From the IMG/VR virus record IMGVR_UViG_3300008113_000146, positions 1 to 52,875 of that record: a stretch of DNA of 52,875 bases, one strand, 5' to 3'. Below the pieces are notes generated by a model, which saw nothing but the letters and a program-made list of their open reading frames with translations, did not search any database and was not told the origin of the DNA. The stretch's first letter is position 1. Each line of letters opens with the position of its first letter. Below, piece by piece: positions 34,206-44,800 of this stretch. Made by a program: the position numbers and the translations under genes. The stretch is from a virus. Lineage: Duplodnaviria > Caudoviricetes.

Positions 34206-34242
34206 GAAAAGCCCCCAATTTATTTTGGGGGCTTTTCATTTT
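34206..34242 (+). terminator. Rho-independent terminator
   Basis: GAAAAGCCCCCAA-TTTATT-TTGGGGGCTTTTC. Confidence 0.9.
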
Positions 34243-34287
34243 AATTTATCAATGCTATAATAAACATACCTAGAAAAAGGAGAATAT

Positions 34288-34695
34288 ATGTCATTCGAGA
34301 CATTGAAAGTTGCAGAACTAAAGCAGATCGCAGAAGATTTTGCAGTAGAGACTGAAGGTCTAAAAAATAAAGCAGACATTATTGCTGCATTATCTGAAGA
34401 AGGCGTAACATGGTCGGTATATCAAAAAACAATTAAGGACCTAGAAGACGCATCAGAAGAGGAAGATTCAGCAGTAGAAATTCTTCCAAAGTTCGATCCA
34501 AAGAAAGATATTTCTAAAGATCAGATTTTGGTTAAGATGACAAGAGAGAACTTTAGATACGATATTTTGGGATTCACATTTACAAAAGATCACCCATTTG
34601 TTGCAATGTCTGAAGATGATGCTCAAAAAATCTTTGATGTGGAGGAAGGTTTCCGTTTAGCGACACCAAAGGAAGTTCAAGACTTTTATAGCTAA
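34288..34695 (+). CDS. Protein with a Rho-N/SAP-like N-terminal helix pair
   Basis: LKVAELKQIA...KADIIAAL; promoter TGCTATAAT (34253-34261) and AAGGAG RBS. Confidence 0.7.
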   Translation: MSFETLKVAELKQIAEDFAVETEGLKNKADIIAALSEEGVTWSVYQKTIKDLEDASEEEDSAVEILPKFDPKKDISKDQILVKMTRENFRYDILGFTFTKDHPFVAMSEDDAQKIFDVEEGFRLATPKEVQDFYS

Positions 34696-34710
34696 ACGTT
34701 AACTATATAA

Positions 34711-35697
34711 ATGGCAGAAGTATATAAGAATAGTAACGCCCCAGCTTCAACAAAAATATTTTGGGGTGGAGCCATAGTTGATGCAGATAGCAGTGTCCTT
34801 GTTGATATTTATGATACAACACAGGATCCAGCAGTTGTACCTTCTATTAACCCGCTGACACCTATACAGCAAAATATAGTTGCAGTAAAATCAGAAGTTG
34901 ATTATGGATCATATGAAATAAATATTCCTTATGCCATTACAAATAGAAATAAAAACCTTAAGCTTGTCTGGAAATATGCTATTCAGGGAACCCAAGTATC
35001 TCATGAAACATTCGTAGACGTTGTAACTCCATATGCATCCCTGGCGGAAGTAATACAGGACCTAGGATTAGGAACAGACCCATCTGATCCAAATTACAAG
35101 AGCTACCACGAATTGGTTATGGCTGAAAAGTTTGCAAGAAAAGTAATTGAGAATTATACTGGGCAAAGATTTTACCTATATGATGGAACAGAAACAATCA
35201 TGGGTTCTGGATCAGACATTTTGCCACTGCCATTTAAAATAGATACGCTTCATGAGCTATATCAAAATGACATACTTCTAGTAGACAACATCAACAATGT
35301 TAACAACTGGATCTCTAGTCCGCTAGTTTCTGAAACTGGATTTGGACTTAGGGTAGATAGATCCAATACTTTAGATAACACCGTATATGTAGCAAATGGA
35401 ATGGTTCCACCATCTATAAATGATTATTATGGCGGAGCATTTATGAAGGATGCAAAGTATCGTGTTCAAGGTAAGTTTGGTTGGGCAGATGTTCCAGATA
35501 ATGTTGAGCAAGCTACAATTCAGCTTATTGGAGATTATTTCTCTAAAGACAGAATCTGGACAAACAAATATCTTAAATCAATTAAGACATTTGACTGGCA
35601 GTTCGAATATTTGTCAGATGCCTACAGGGGAACTGGAAATGCATATGCAGACCAGCTCTTGTATCCTTATGTCATAACCTCTATGGTTGTAATATAA
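34711..35697 (+). CDS. Head-tail adaptor-like protein
   Basis: Position; ARKVIENYTGQRF, G.FGW..VP.NVEQA. Confidence 0.7.
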   Translation: MAEVYKNSNAPASTKIFWGGAIVDADSSVLVDIYDTTQDPAVVPSINPLTPIQQNIVAVKSEVDYGSYEINIPYAITNRNKNLKLVWKYAIQGTQVSHETFVDVVTPYASLAEVIQDLGLGTDPSDPNYKSYHELVMAEKFARKVIENYTGQRFYLYDGTETIMGSGSDILPLPFKIDTLHELYQNDILLVDNINNVNNWISSPLVSETGFGLRVDRSNTLDNTVYVANGMVPPSINDYYGGAFMKDAKYRVQGKFGWADVPDNVEQATIQLIGDYFSKDRIWTNKYLKSIKTFDWQFEYLSDAYRGTGNAYADQLLYPYVITSMVVI

Positions 35698-36122
35698 TGT
35701 ATGACATTGTTAATTCAATTCTTACAATGTCTCTTGATCTTTATAAGCAAATAGATCAGCAAGACGAAAATACTGGCGCAATAAAGAAGCAATGGATATA
35801 CTATAAGACAATACCATGCCATGCAAAGGGCATCATTAGCAACTCTTCCAGCACAAGAACTGGAAACCAGCAAACCTTCTCCAATCAGTATACAAATGAA
35901 CAAACATTACAAATAAGAACTACAGAAAAATTAAGCCACAGAGTTAAGATAACCAACATTAGAGATTCTTACAATAATGTTGTTTGGTCTGAAATTAACT
36001 TCCCTTCCGACACTCCAACAGTTTTTGAGGTTACAGGGATTACTCCAATTACAGATCCATTCGGCGGAGTTCTTGGCTATAACAATAATGTTAAGAGATC
36101 GGAAAATCAGACAATTGGATAA
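35697..36122 (+). CDS. Head closure (stopper)-like protein
   Basis: Position, size and beta-rich pattern. Confidence 0.6.
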   Translation: MYDIVNSILTMSLDLYKQIDQQDENTGAIKKQWIYYKTIPCHAKGIISNSSSTRTGNQQTFSNQYTNEQTLQIRTTEKLSHRVKITNIRDSYNNVVWSEINFPSDTPTVFEVTGITPITDPFGGVLGYNNNVKRSENQTIG

Positions 36123-36900
36123 CAGTGCCCTTTTAGTTCAAGCCGCAAGTGGTCTTCACAAACACCTTGGCGGCACAAAAGGCACGTCTGTATTAAAGGA
36201 TAGCACGGTTGCTCAAATATCTGCTGCTATTTATTATCAAGCAAGTGTATTGTCAAAGATAACTGGCGATGCAGGATTTCAATCTAAATTTAGAACAGTA
36301 ATATTTAAGCAGCTTCAAAAAGATTTTGGCGAATACATAGATGCACAAGCAAGAGCAAATCCATCTACGTTACACCATGTTTACGAATGGAAGAAGGTTG
36401 GCTCATCAAATGCTAGATTATTTGAGCTTCAAATTAATTCTACAGAGGGATTATCATTTACTATAACTTCATCATTCAAGCCATCAAAATCAATAGTGCC
36501 AACATCATTTGGAAAGTCAAGACATGTTTTTACAAATAAAGCAATTGTTATGGAAAATGGTTCTCCAGTTACAATCAAGCCTAGAAATTCTAGAAGGCTT
36601 GTTTTTGAAATTGATGGTCAGGTAATTAGAATGCCAGAGGGCAAATCTGTAACTGTTAAGAGGCCTGGCGGTGGCAAAGCAACTGGTAGATTTCAAATAT
36701 CATATGCAAGATTCTTTACTGGCAACCTAGTAAGTTTATCAATAAAAAAGTCTGGCTTTCAAAGAATTTTTAATTCAGATGTTACAAAAGCCTTAAAGGT
36801 TCCATTTGATGTAAAAAAGGTAAAGTATTCTTTTTCACCAAACACATTAAATATGCAGGCAGAGTCAGCTGTTAAGGCAGCATTTGGAGGTTCACTATGA
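36115..36900 (+). CDS. Neck/tail completion protein
   Basis: Basic protein in the expected position; start revised to in-frame TTG 36115, overlapping the upstream stop. Confidence 0.6.
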   Translation: MDNSALLVQAASGLHKHLGGTKGTSVLKDSTVAQISAAIYYQASVLSKITGDAGFQSKFRTVIFKQLQKDFGEYIDAQARANPSTLHHVYEWKKVGSSNARLFELQINSTEGLSFTITSSFKPSKSIVPTSFGKSRHVFTNKAIVMENGSPVTIKPRNSRRLVFEIDGQVIRMPEGKSVTVKRPGGGKATGRFQISYARFFTGNLVSLSIKKSGFQRIFNSDVTKALKVPFDVKKVKYSFSPNTLNMQAESAVKAAFGGSL

Positions 36901-37409
36901 CAGTAGATTATAAGCTAGATGTAATGTCAGATTTAAGAAAGCACCTATGGAGCGTATTAGTTGCATCCGATATATTTGATCCTAACGACTACTATAGCGA
37001 CAACCTAGGTACAGAGCTAGTTCCAATATTCCCTGTGCAACAGCAGGCAGAAATGGATCAGTTCTTAAGCGGCAAAAAGCATATTGTTTACGATAAAATA
37101 GGAATGTCATATGAAGACAATTGGGTCATTTGCTGTGAGCAGGTTTTATTCACAATATATGCAACTGACTATTCAGAGATTACTGAAATAAGAAATTTTA
37201 TAACAGACCAATATCGTAGAATGGACGAGTCTGCCAGGGACACAAATTTGTATTCTGGCATATCAAATAAATTTAAATTCTATAGCATCTTCGTGGCTGA
37301 CATATCAGAGACTGGGCCATCTGAAGAGGTGGCGGGATTCCTATCAGCAGACATAATTCTTGAGGTTAAATACGCAAGACATGTTGGAATTGATGGTAGA
37401 TTTTTATAG
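36897..37409 (+). CDS. Tail terminator-like protein
   Basis: Acidic 170 aa directly before the major tail gene; GGAGG RBS. Confidence 0.6.
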   Translation: MTVDYKLDVMSDLRKHLWSVLVASDIFDPNDYYSDNLGTELVPIFPVQQQAEMDQFLSGKKHIVYDKIGMSYEDNWVICCEQVLFTIYATDYSEITEIRNFITDQYRRMDESARDTNLYSGISNKFKFYSIFVADISETGPSEEVAGFLSADIILEVKYARHVGIDGRFL

Positions 37410-37410
37410 T

Positions 37411-37439
37411 TTGCCTTTGGGCGTATTATACTCTAAAAT
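37411..37439 (+). promoter_or_regulatory. Promoter for the major tail gene
   Basis: TTGCCT, 17-nt spacer, TAAAAT; CAGGAGGT RBS downstream. Confidence 0.65.
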
Positions 37440-37530
37440 TGTACCTAGAGGAAAGGGCCTAGCCAGCCACAGATTAAACGATTGAAACAATAATATATAT
37501 ATATATTTTTGAAACAGGAGGTAAGACACA

Positions 37531-38081
37531 ATGGCATTTAACTCAGCCAAAAATATTCTTGTGGGAGCTTCACCGCTTTACATCTCGAATTCAGATTCAA
37601 CTGTAACAGGTTATGTTGAAAACCAAGAGCCAGGTATTGCTAAAGTAGCAACATCTGGAAAGAAAGACGGAGTACCAGCATTTTCATCATCTGCTTCATA
37701 CCGTACAACTCTTGATGCAGCACAGTCTGTTGCAGACAATGCTTACCGTAACGTTGGTTATACAAACAATGGTCTTCAGATCACTTATAACCCAACTTAC
37801 GATTCAGTAACTGTTGACCAGTTGCTTGATACAGCAAAGCTATTTAAGTCTGCGATGGAAGTTATGATCGCAACAGAAATGGCAGAAGGAACACAACAAC
37901 TTCAGCTACTTCAGAGCGTATCTACTATGCACGTCGTGTATTGTCTGTACAACAGTCACAATTCTCACTTGCACGTAATACACCAACATCATTCCCAGTA
38001 ACATTCCGTTTGCTTCCAGACGCAGGTTACACAGGTTCAGAATACGGAAAGATCATTGACCGTACTTGGACACCAGCTTAA
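37531..38081 (+). CDS. Major tail protein, reading frame broken near 37890
   Basis: N-part NILVGA...VGYTNNGLQITYNP...VDQLLD; the C-part ERIYYARRVLS...FPVTFRLLPD...YGKIIDR is in the -1 frame and ends at TAA 38079-38081. Confidence 0.8.
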
Positions 38082-38095
38082 TTAATTATTAAGTA

Positions 38096-38129
38096 AATAA
38101 AGCCCCCAGAAATGGGGGCTTTATTGTTG
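38096..38129 (+). terminator. Rho-independent terminator
   Basis: AATAAAGCCCCCA-GAAA-TGGGGGCTTTATT; same stem core as the terminator at 34206. Confidence 0.9.
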
Positions 38130-38182
38130 TAGTATTAGAATCTATATGTTATAATAATTAAGACAATCCAAGGAGGATTAAA

Positions 38183-38515
38183 TTGGCAAATACAGTATAT
38201 GACGTAGAAGAAATTACGTTACAAAATGGTTCGACAGTTAAGTTAAAACCACTTACAATCAAAGAGCTACGCAAGTTTATGGTAGCTATTCAGAAAACTG
38301 CAGAAGTAACATCAGAAGAAGAAACACTCACAATACTAATTGACGCATGTGCAGTTGCACTAGAAAAGCAGCTACCAGATTTAGTCAAAGATAGAGATCA
38401 ACTTGAAGATGCACTAGACGTACCAACTATTAATCGAATTCTTGAAGTTTGCGGTGGAATTAAACTTGACGACCCAAACCTACTAGCGGCAGCGGTTCTG
38501 GCTGGTCAGAACTAG
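38183..38515 (+). CDS. Tail assembly chaperone (gpG-like)
   Basis: Between the major tail and tape measure genes; AGGAGG RBS with TTG start; promoter TGTTATAAT at 38147-38155. Confidence 0.85.
   Translation: MANTVYDVEEITLQNGSTVKLKPLTIKELRKFMVAIQKTAEVTSEEETLTILIDACAVALEKQLPDLVKDRDQLEDALDVPTINRILEVCGGIKLDDPNLLAAAVLAGQN
38473..38479 (+). other. -1 programmed ribosomal frameshift site
   Basis: C CCA AAC heptamer in frame; the -1 frame is open to 38841 and closed upstream by TGA at 38467. Confidence 0.85.
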
Positions 38516-38841
38516 ACTTAGCCGCTTTAGAAGGGGAAGTTTTTCTTTTAGGTAATTGGAAAAATTACGAAGAGCTAGAAGAAAATCTTTCAATGCCAGA
38601 ACTCATTCAGACATTACAAGCTTATAAGAAAAAAGAAAACGAAGATAGAAAGTTTTTAGCAAGTCTTAAAGGCATAAAGATTGATGAGGAAGAAGAACAA
38701 GAAGGTCCTAGTTTTGAAGATATACAAAGAAGAGTGATGGGTGTAGATGCTGATAAAGATGACATCTTGTCTTTACAGGGAACATTTGCACAGAACGCAG
38801 GATTCGGTATAGGAGCTGGATTAGGATACACCAAGGAGTAA
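38479..38841 (+). CDS. Tail assembly chaperone frameshift extension (gpGT-like)
   Basis: PTSGSGSGWSELDLAALEGEVFLLGNWKNYEELEENLSMPEL..., continuous with track ORF 38593..38841. Confidence 0.8.
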   Translation, partial: PTSGSGSGWSELDLAALEGEVFLLGNWKNYEELEENLSMPELIQTLQAYKKKENEDRKFLASLKGIKIDEEEEQEGPSFEDIQRRVMGVDADKDDILSLQGTFAQNAGFGIGAGLGYTKE

Positions 38842-38850
38842 TACATATCG

Positions 38851-41800
38851 ATGGCTGATGAGAACATAGTAACGAATATAGTCGCTAATGCAGACTTCTC
38901 AGGTCTTATTGCAGATGTCAATAAGGTCACAGCCTCGTTATCTAAATTACAACAGCAGATTATCCAATCTGATACTAAGCTTACAAACCAAGTAGCTTTA
39001 ATCAATAGATCTTTTGCTGAAAGTCTAAGACGAACTGGACAGTTCTCTACACACTTTGTAACACTAACATCAGACGTAGAAAAGTTTGGTAAGAATCTTG
39101 ATGGCGGAAAGCTAAAGCTAAGAGATTACTTTAGAACATTTCAGGATCACACAAAGACATCTGGTGGTTTGATTAGAGAGCTTGCAAAACAGCAAGTAGC
39201 ATTACAAAATGCCATAGTTCAACCGCTTGGAAAAAATGCCCAAGGATTAATGCAATACAATGTGCATATTCCTCAGGGTTTAAATGCTGTAAAGAATAAG
39301 GCAGCAATAGCAAGACAAGAACTCCAAATCATGAACAAGGTTATTCAGGATGGTGGAGTTCAATTAATTAACTGGGGTAAAAATACACAGTGGGCTGGTC
39401 GCCAGTTAACAGTCGGTTTAACTGTGCCATTAGCAGCATTTGGTAAGGCTGCAGCAGATGCGTTTAGAATGGCAGATGCAGAACTAACAAGATTAACAAA
39501 GGTTTATGGTGGACTTGCAAAGTCATCAGCAGCAGAACTTTCACAAATACGAGATGAAGTTTCAGCAACAGCAAGAGAGCTTTCTGCAGGATACGGAGTT
39601 TCGTTTAAAGAAACAATCTCTTTAGCTGCAGACATTGCAGCAACTGGAAAGCAAGGAAATGACTTACTTGCTTCTGTAAAAGAAACATCAAGACTTGCAG
39701 TTCTTGGAGAAGTAGATAGACAAGAAGCAATGAAAGCAACTCTTGCAATCCAGTCTGCATTCAAGCAAAATACCGAAGAGCTTTCACAATCAATTAACTT
39801 TTTAAACGCAGTTGAAAACCAAACATCAACAACTCTAAACGATTTAGTGGAAGCAATTCCAAAAGCTGGACCAGTAATCAAGGGCTTGGGTGGAAGCGTA
39901 CAGGATTTAGCTTTATATTTAACAGCAATGAGAGAAGGCGGAATTAATGCATCAGAAGGTGCAAATGCATTAAAGTCAGCTCTTGCTTCTTTGATTAACC
40001 CTACAGATGTTGCAGTAGCTAAGTTTAAAACATTTGGTATTGATCTAATTGACGTAGTAAATAGCAACGCTGGAAATCTTACTGGAACACTATTAGCACT
40101 TCAGGGATCACTTGATAAATTAGATCCTCTACAAAAGCAACAGGCTATTGAACAGCTATTTGGTAAGTTCCAGTTTGCAAGATTAAATGCTTTATTTGAA
40201 AACTTAGGAAAAGAAGGAAGCCAGACACTGCAGGTCTTAGACCTAATGAAGGCAAGCACACAGGATCTTGCAAATGTGGCTGATCGAGAATTAAAGCAGG
40301 TAACAGAGTCAGCGGCTGGTAAATATAACAGAGCAGTTGAATCATTGAAGGCAAACCTTGCAGAAATTGGCGAAGAATTTTTAAAGGTACAGACATTCTT
40401 CATAGGTGTAACTGATAGCATTGTAAAGTTTGTTAACAATCTTCCAGGTCCAGTAAAACAAATATTAACTTTTGCAGGAGGATTAACCGCAGTTATTGGA
40501 CCACTTATTATGTTAACTGGTGTACTTGCTAACTTCTTTGGATATGTAATTAAGGGTGTATCACATTTCAGAGCATTGTTCCGTGGCGGAGAAGGCTGGA
40601 AGATGCTTACTCCAGAAATTCTTGCAGCAGAAAAAGCTGGAAGCCTAGTAGAAAAAACATTCTATAGCGATGCAAAGGCTGCCTCTGTACTTAAAACTTC
40701 AATCGAAGGATTAATTGCTGAGTTTACATTATTAGAGCAAAAAGCAAAAAGCGGTTCAATTTCATTAGCCCCAGCATTTTCAACGATGGCTGGAAACCCA
40801 ATAGGTATTGGAAGACAAGTAGATCCAAACCATCCATTACTAAGTGCAACAGATACAAGATCAATGTCTCATTTAAATCCAGTTGCTGGAATGACTGCGG
40901 ATGAAAAATTAAGACAAACAATTTTTGGCGTTGTACCAGGTGCACCTAAAGTAAATCAGAAAATTGGAAATACCCCTCAGATGTACATGTCTGGAGATTT
41001 GCCAAAGATTCCAGGATTTACATCCGTAGGAGGAGCATCTACTGGTATTGTTGCTGAAGAGGCAGCTAAATGGCATGCAATGACTGGTGCACTTGCAATG
41101 CAATCTCAAGATGAAATTGCTTTATTAAAGAAAGAAGTTGCGACAACAGGACTTATAACAGCTGAACTATCTGCTTCATACCAAGCATTACTTCCATCAA
41201 TGACAATGCTTACACAAAAAGCAGCACAAGAATCTGCAGCAATTGTAGGCGAATTGCAAGCAGGCAAGATAACAGTAGATCAGGCAAGATCAAAAATTAT
41301 TCAGCTTAATGCACAAGTAGAAGCAATGATTGCAGAATCAGCAACAATGATTGCTGGTCAGCAAGGCAGAGCAATAAACCTTACATCTGTTCCACTTCTT
41401 AATCAGCCTGTGGTAAATGCAGCTGGTAAATCTAATATGAAAGAGTTGGCAAGACCAGGAAGAACAAGAGATTTATTAAATAAAATTGCCAGAGGCTTAG
41501 GCGTAAAAACATTTGGTGCACCTTACAGCATAGAAACAACCAGACCAAGAAGAATGAATTCTGGCGGTTACGTATATACAATGAATGATGGAAACATTGT
41601 TCCAGGACCAAATGTAAATGCAGATGTTGTTCCAGCAATGCTTACACCTGGAGAATTTGTTGTAAATAGAGAAGCAGCACAAGCAAACCTTCCACTATTA
41701 ACAGCAATAAATGGTGGAGGCGGATCTAATGGTCCAGGATATATAACTGGCGGGCAGATAAAAACACTACTTGGGATGCCAGAAGAATTCTTGAGAAGAT

Positions 41801-44800
41801 CCTTGCTTGTGAGCGGTGCTAGAAGAACAGATACAAGATCAGGAAGAGCAGTATTCAGTCCAGGTGCACAAAACTATGATCAGATGGGTAGCCGTGCTGG
41901 AAGAAATGCCGTATGGACAAATCCAATACTTGCAGCTGGCAGACCAAATAAAGATGAAGTAGTTGGCCACATATACAGCAATCAATTCTACAGACAGTTT
42001 GGTGGACCAGGCGGAACTGGATCTTCACCTAGAGCTACTGGTGCAGAATTTACAAGACTAACTGGCTTATCTTTACCAGCATCACGCTCAGGATATGCTG
42101 GAACTTATGACATATTGCCAAATCAATTTATGACAATATCTAGATCATTTAATACTAGATTAAATCGTGGTGGAGCAACTGCAGCGGATTGGTTTGCAAG
42201 TCAAAGAAGACCAGAGCATATGCTTTCATTGATGGAGCTTTTAACTTCACAAGGAATTGCTCCAAGACAGGCTGCTGGAATTGCACAAAGAGTTTTAGGT
42301 AGAATTAATACAAACATTGGTAAGTTGCCACCAAATGCAGTATTAAACGAAAGAATGTTTGGAAATATTGTAACAAATAGTACTAGACAAGAGATGATGC
42401 GCCTTAGAGGAATAGGCGAATTAAATCAAAGACAGGCAGCTGCAGCACCAGTTCTTCCTAGAGGAACATACACTCCTGGAGCTTATAGAGGATATAACAG
42501 AAGAAATTCTGGTGGAATGATTAGAAGATATAACAGAGGCGGAATGGTTGGTGGTGTTCAATATTTAAATAACGGTGATGAAGTAAGGCCTACATTGAAT
42601 CAAGGATTTATGGCCAATGCAAGATACTCAAGAAGCAGAATGACAAGCTTTGGCTCAAACGCAAGTATGGGTAGTGGTATGGCTGCACAGATGGGCATAG
42701 GATTAGGTTCAACAGTTGCTGGCTCAATGATAGGCGGAAGCACTGGTCAAGCAATTCAGATAGCTGGTCTTGTAGCTTCATTTATGCCAATTAACAGAAT
42801 CTTTACTGCTATAAAGGGAATTGTATCAAGTGGAAGTGGATTGAGAACAATTGCAGGACTTCTTGGAAGACTTGCTCCGCCAGTTGCTGTTGTTTCAACA
42901 ATTGTTGCTATTGGCGCAGGATTATTAAAGTTTAAGAAGCATCTTGAGGATGTTGGTCAAGCAAATAGAGCAGCATTTGGCCCAACAGAGAAAACACTTC
43001 AAGAGGCTGGTTTAAGCTATACCTCATTCTCTGATAAGCTTAAGGGAATACAAGAGCAGTTAAAGCTTACAAAGGAAACAAATATATCTGCATTCCAGTC
43101 TCTAAATAGAACTGGTGTGAGTGGGCTAACATTAACAATTAAAGAATTAAATGATGCAATTAAAGATGCAAAAGAAAATGCATCAGAAACAGTAGGCAAC
43201 TTTAATAAAGTCAGTGGACGTCAGGATACACTTAAGTTGGCTGCATCATTAAAGCAACAATACATTTCTGCAGGCATGAGCGTAGAGGAAGCTACAAATA
43301 AGATCTATGCTTTGATCAAAGCTTCTAATAAGGGAGCATATGCAATATCAGCAATTACAACTGAGGCGTTTACTGGTATAACAGATAAAGCTTCTGCAGC
43401 ACAATATCAGGTAGAGCTTTTAATTAAAACACTTTCAGACAAGAAGGGCTTTAATGCAGAGGAGCTTTCTGTGGGTATTGATAACATGCTTAACTCATTG
43501 ATCTCATACCAAGAATCTTTGGTCGGAACTAAAGATAAGAATAATGAAGTTATTACTCAAACAAAGGCTGTCCAAATGACCTTAGATAAGATTAAGGGAA
43601 TTAAGGGAAGCAATTTAAAACTTGATGAAAAGACTGTTGATCAAATTAAATCACAGAACCTAGCACTTGGCAGCGTACTTGCTAAAAATGAAACATTGCT
43701 TGGAGTATATGCCAAAGCACAGCTACTAATGAATGGTTTTGGAAGCAAGCTAAATCTTTCTGCAATGGATTCTAATACCGCATCAGATATTGCTAGCGGA
43801 ATGCAAGCATGGGGATCAGCAGCAACTGCTGCAGCTGAAGATACAAAGGGACCATTAAGTTCATTAAATAATAAATATAATGATCTTACTAAATCAATTA
43901 AGAATTCAAACAAGGCTATGAAGAGCCTTTCTGATACAAGCAGTATTGATGCTCAAATAAAGGCTCTTGATAAACTTATTAAGAAGATTAAAGAAGAAAC
44001 TGATGCAAGACTTAAGTCTCTTGATGTTGAACAAAAAAATGCAGATATTCAAAAAGAAATACAAGATGCACAAATGGAATATCAGCAAGCCGTGGCTGTC
44101 GGAGATATGGCAGGCGCAGCACGAGCAAAGCTTAATATGCAAAAGCTTATGGATGATCGTGCAAGAGAACTTGCAAGACAAGCAATTATTGATAAATCAG
44201 ATGCAGAAATAAAAGCAGCTCAGGATAAAAGAGATAGACTTGCAGAGCAGGCCGATAAAGATCAGCTTGCTGCAGGAAGAGCTGGAGTAAACGCAACAAA
44301 CAACGCTGCAGCACAGACAGCGCTTGGAACATTTAGAGCGACTATGGCACAGCTTGTTGCTGGTGAAACAAAAGATACTCTAGCCGCAAAACTAAAAAAT
44401 CCTAAGGCATCTCAAGAAATAGCTGGTGCTGTAGATAGAGCACTTAAGGCTTTAATTGATGCAGGCGGAGCAGCAAAAACAGAAGCAGAAAGAATTAAGA
44501 AGCAGTATGGAATTGATGGAAAGGGTAGCGCAACTGGCGAGTTTAAGCTTCTAACTGAATTAACAAAGCTTACAGGAGACAAGGCTTCAAATGGAGCATT
44601 CTCTGATGCAGTAAGCAAGTTCGTTTCTGCTGTTAATAAATTTGCAAAATCAAATCCACTTGGCGGAGGAACTTCTAAAAATCCATACGCAATGGGAAGA
44701 GTAGCTGGACTTAACCCAGCAGGATGGCAGACACCATTTGGTGGAATTGGAGCAAACAGCGATAGACAGCAAATTAAAAAATATGCTGAGCAACAAGGCT

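Noticed and set aside
37492-37507. (AT)n run in the major tail leader, and a similar one near 1505-1520
   Set aside because: Short low-complexity tracts in an AT-rich genome with no supportable function
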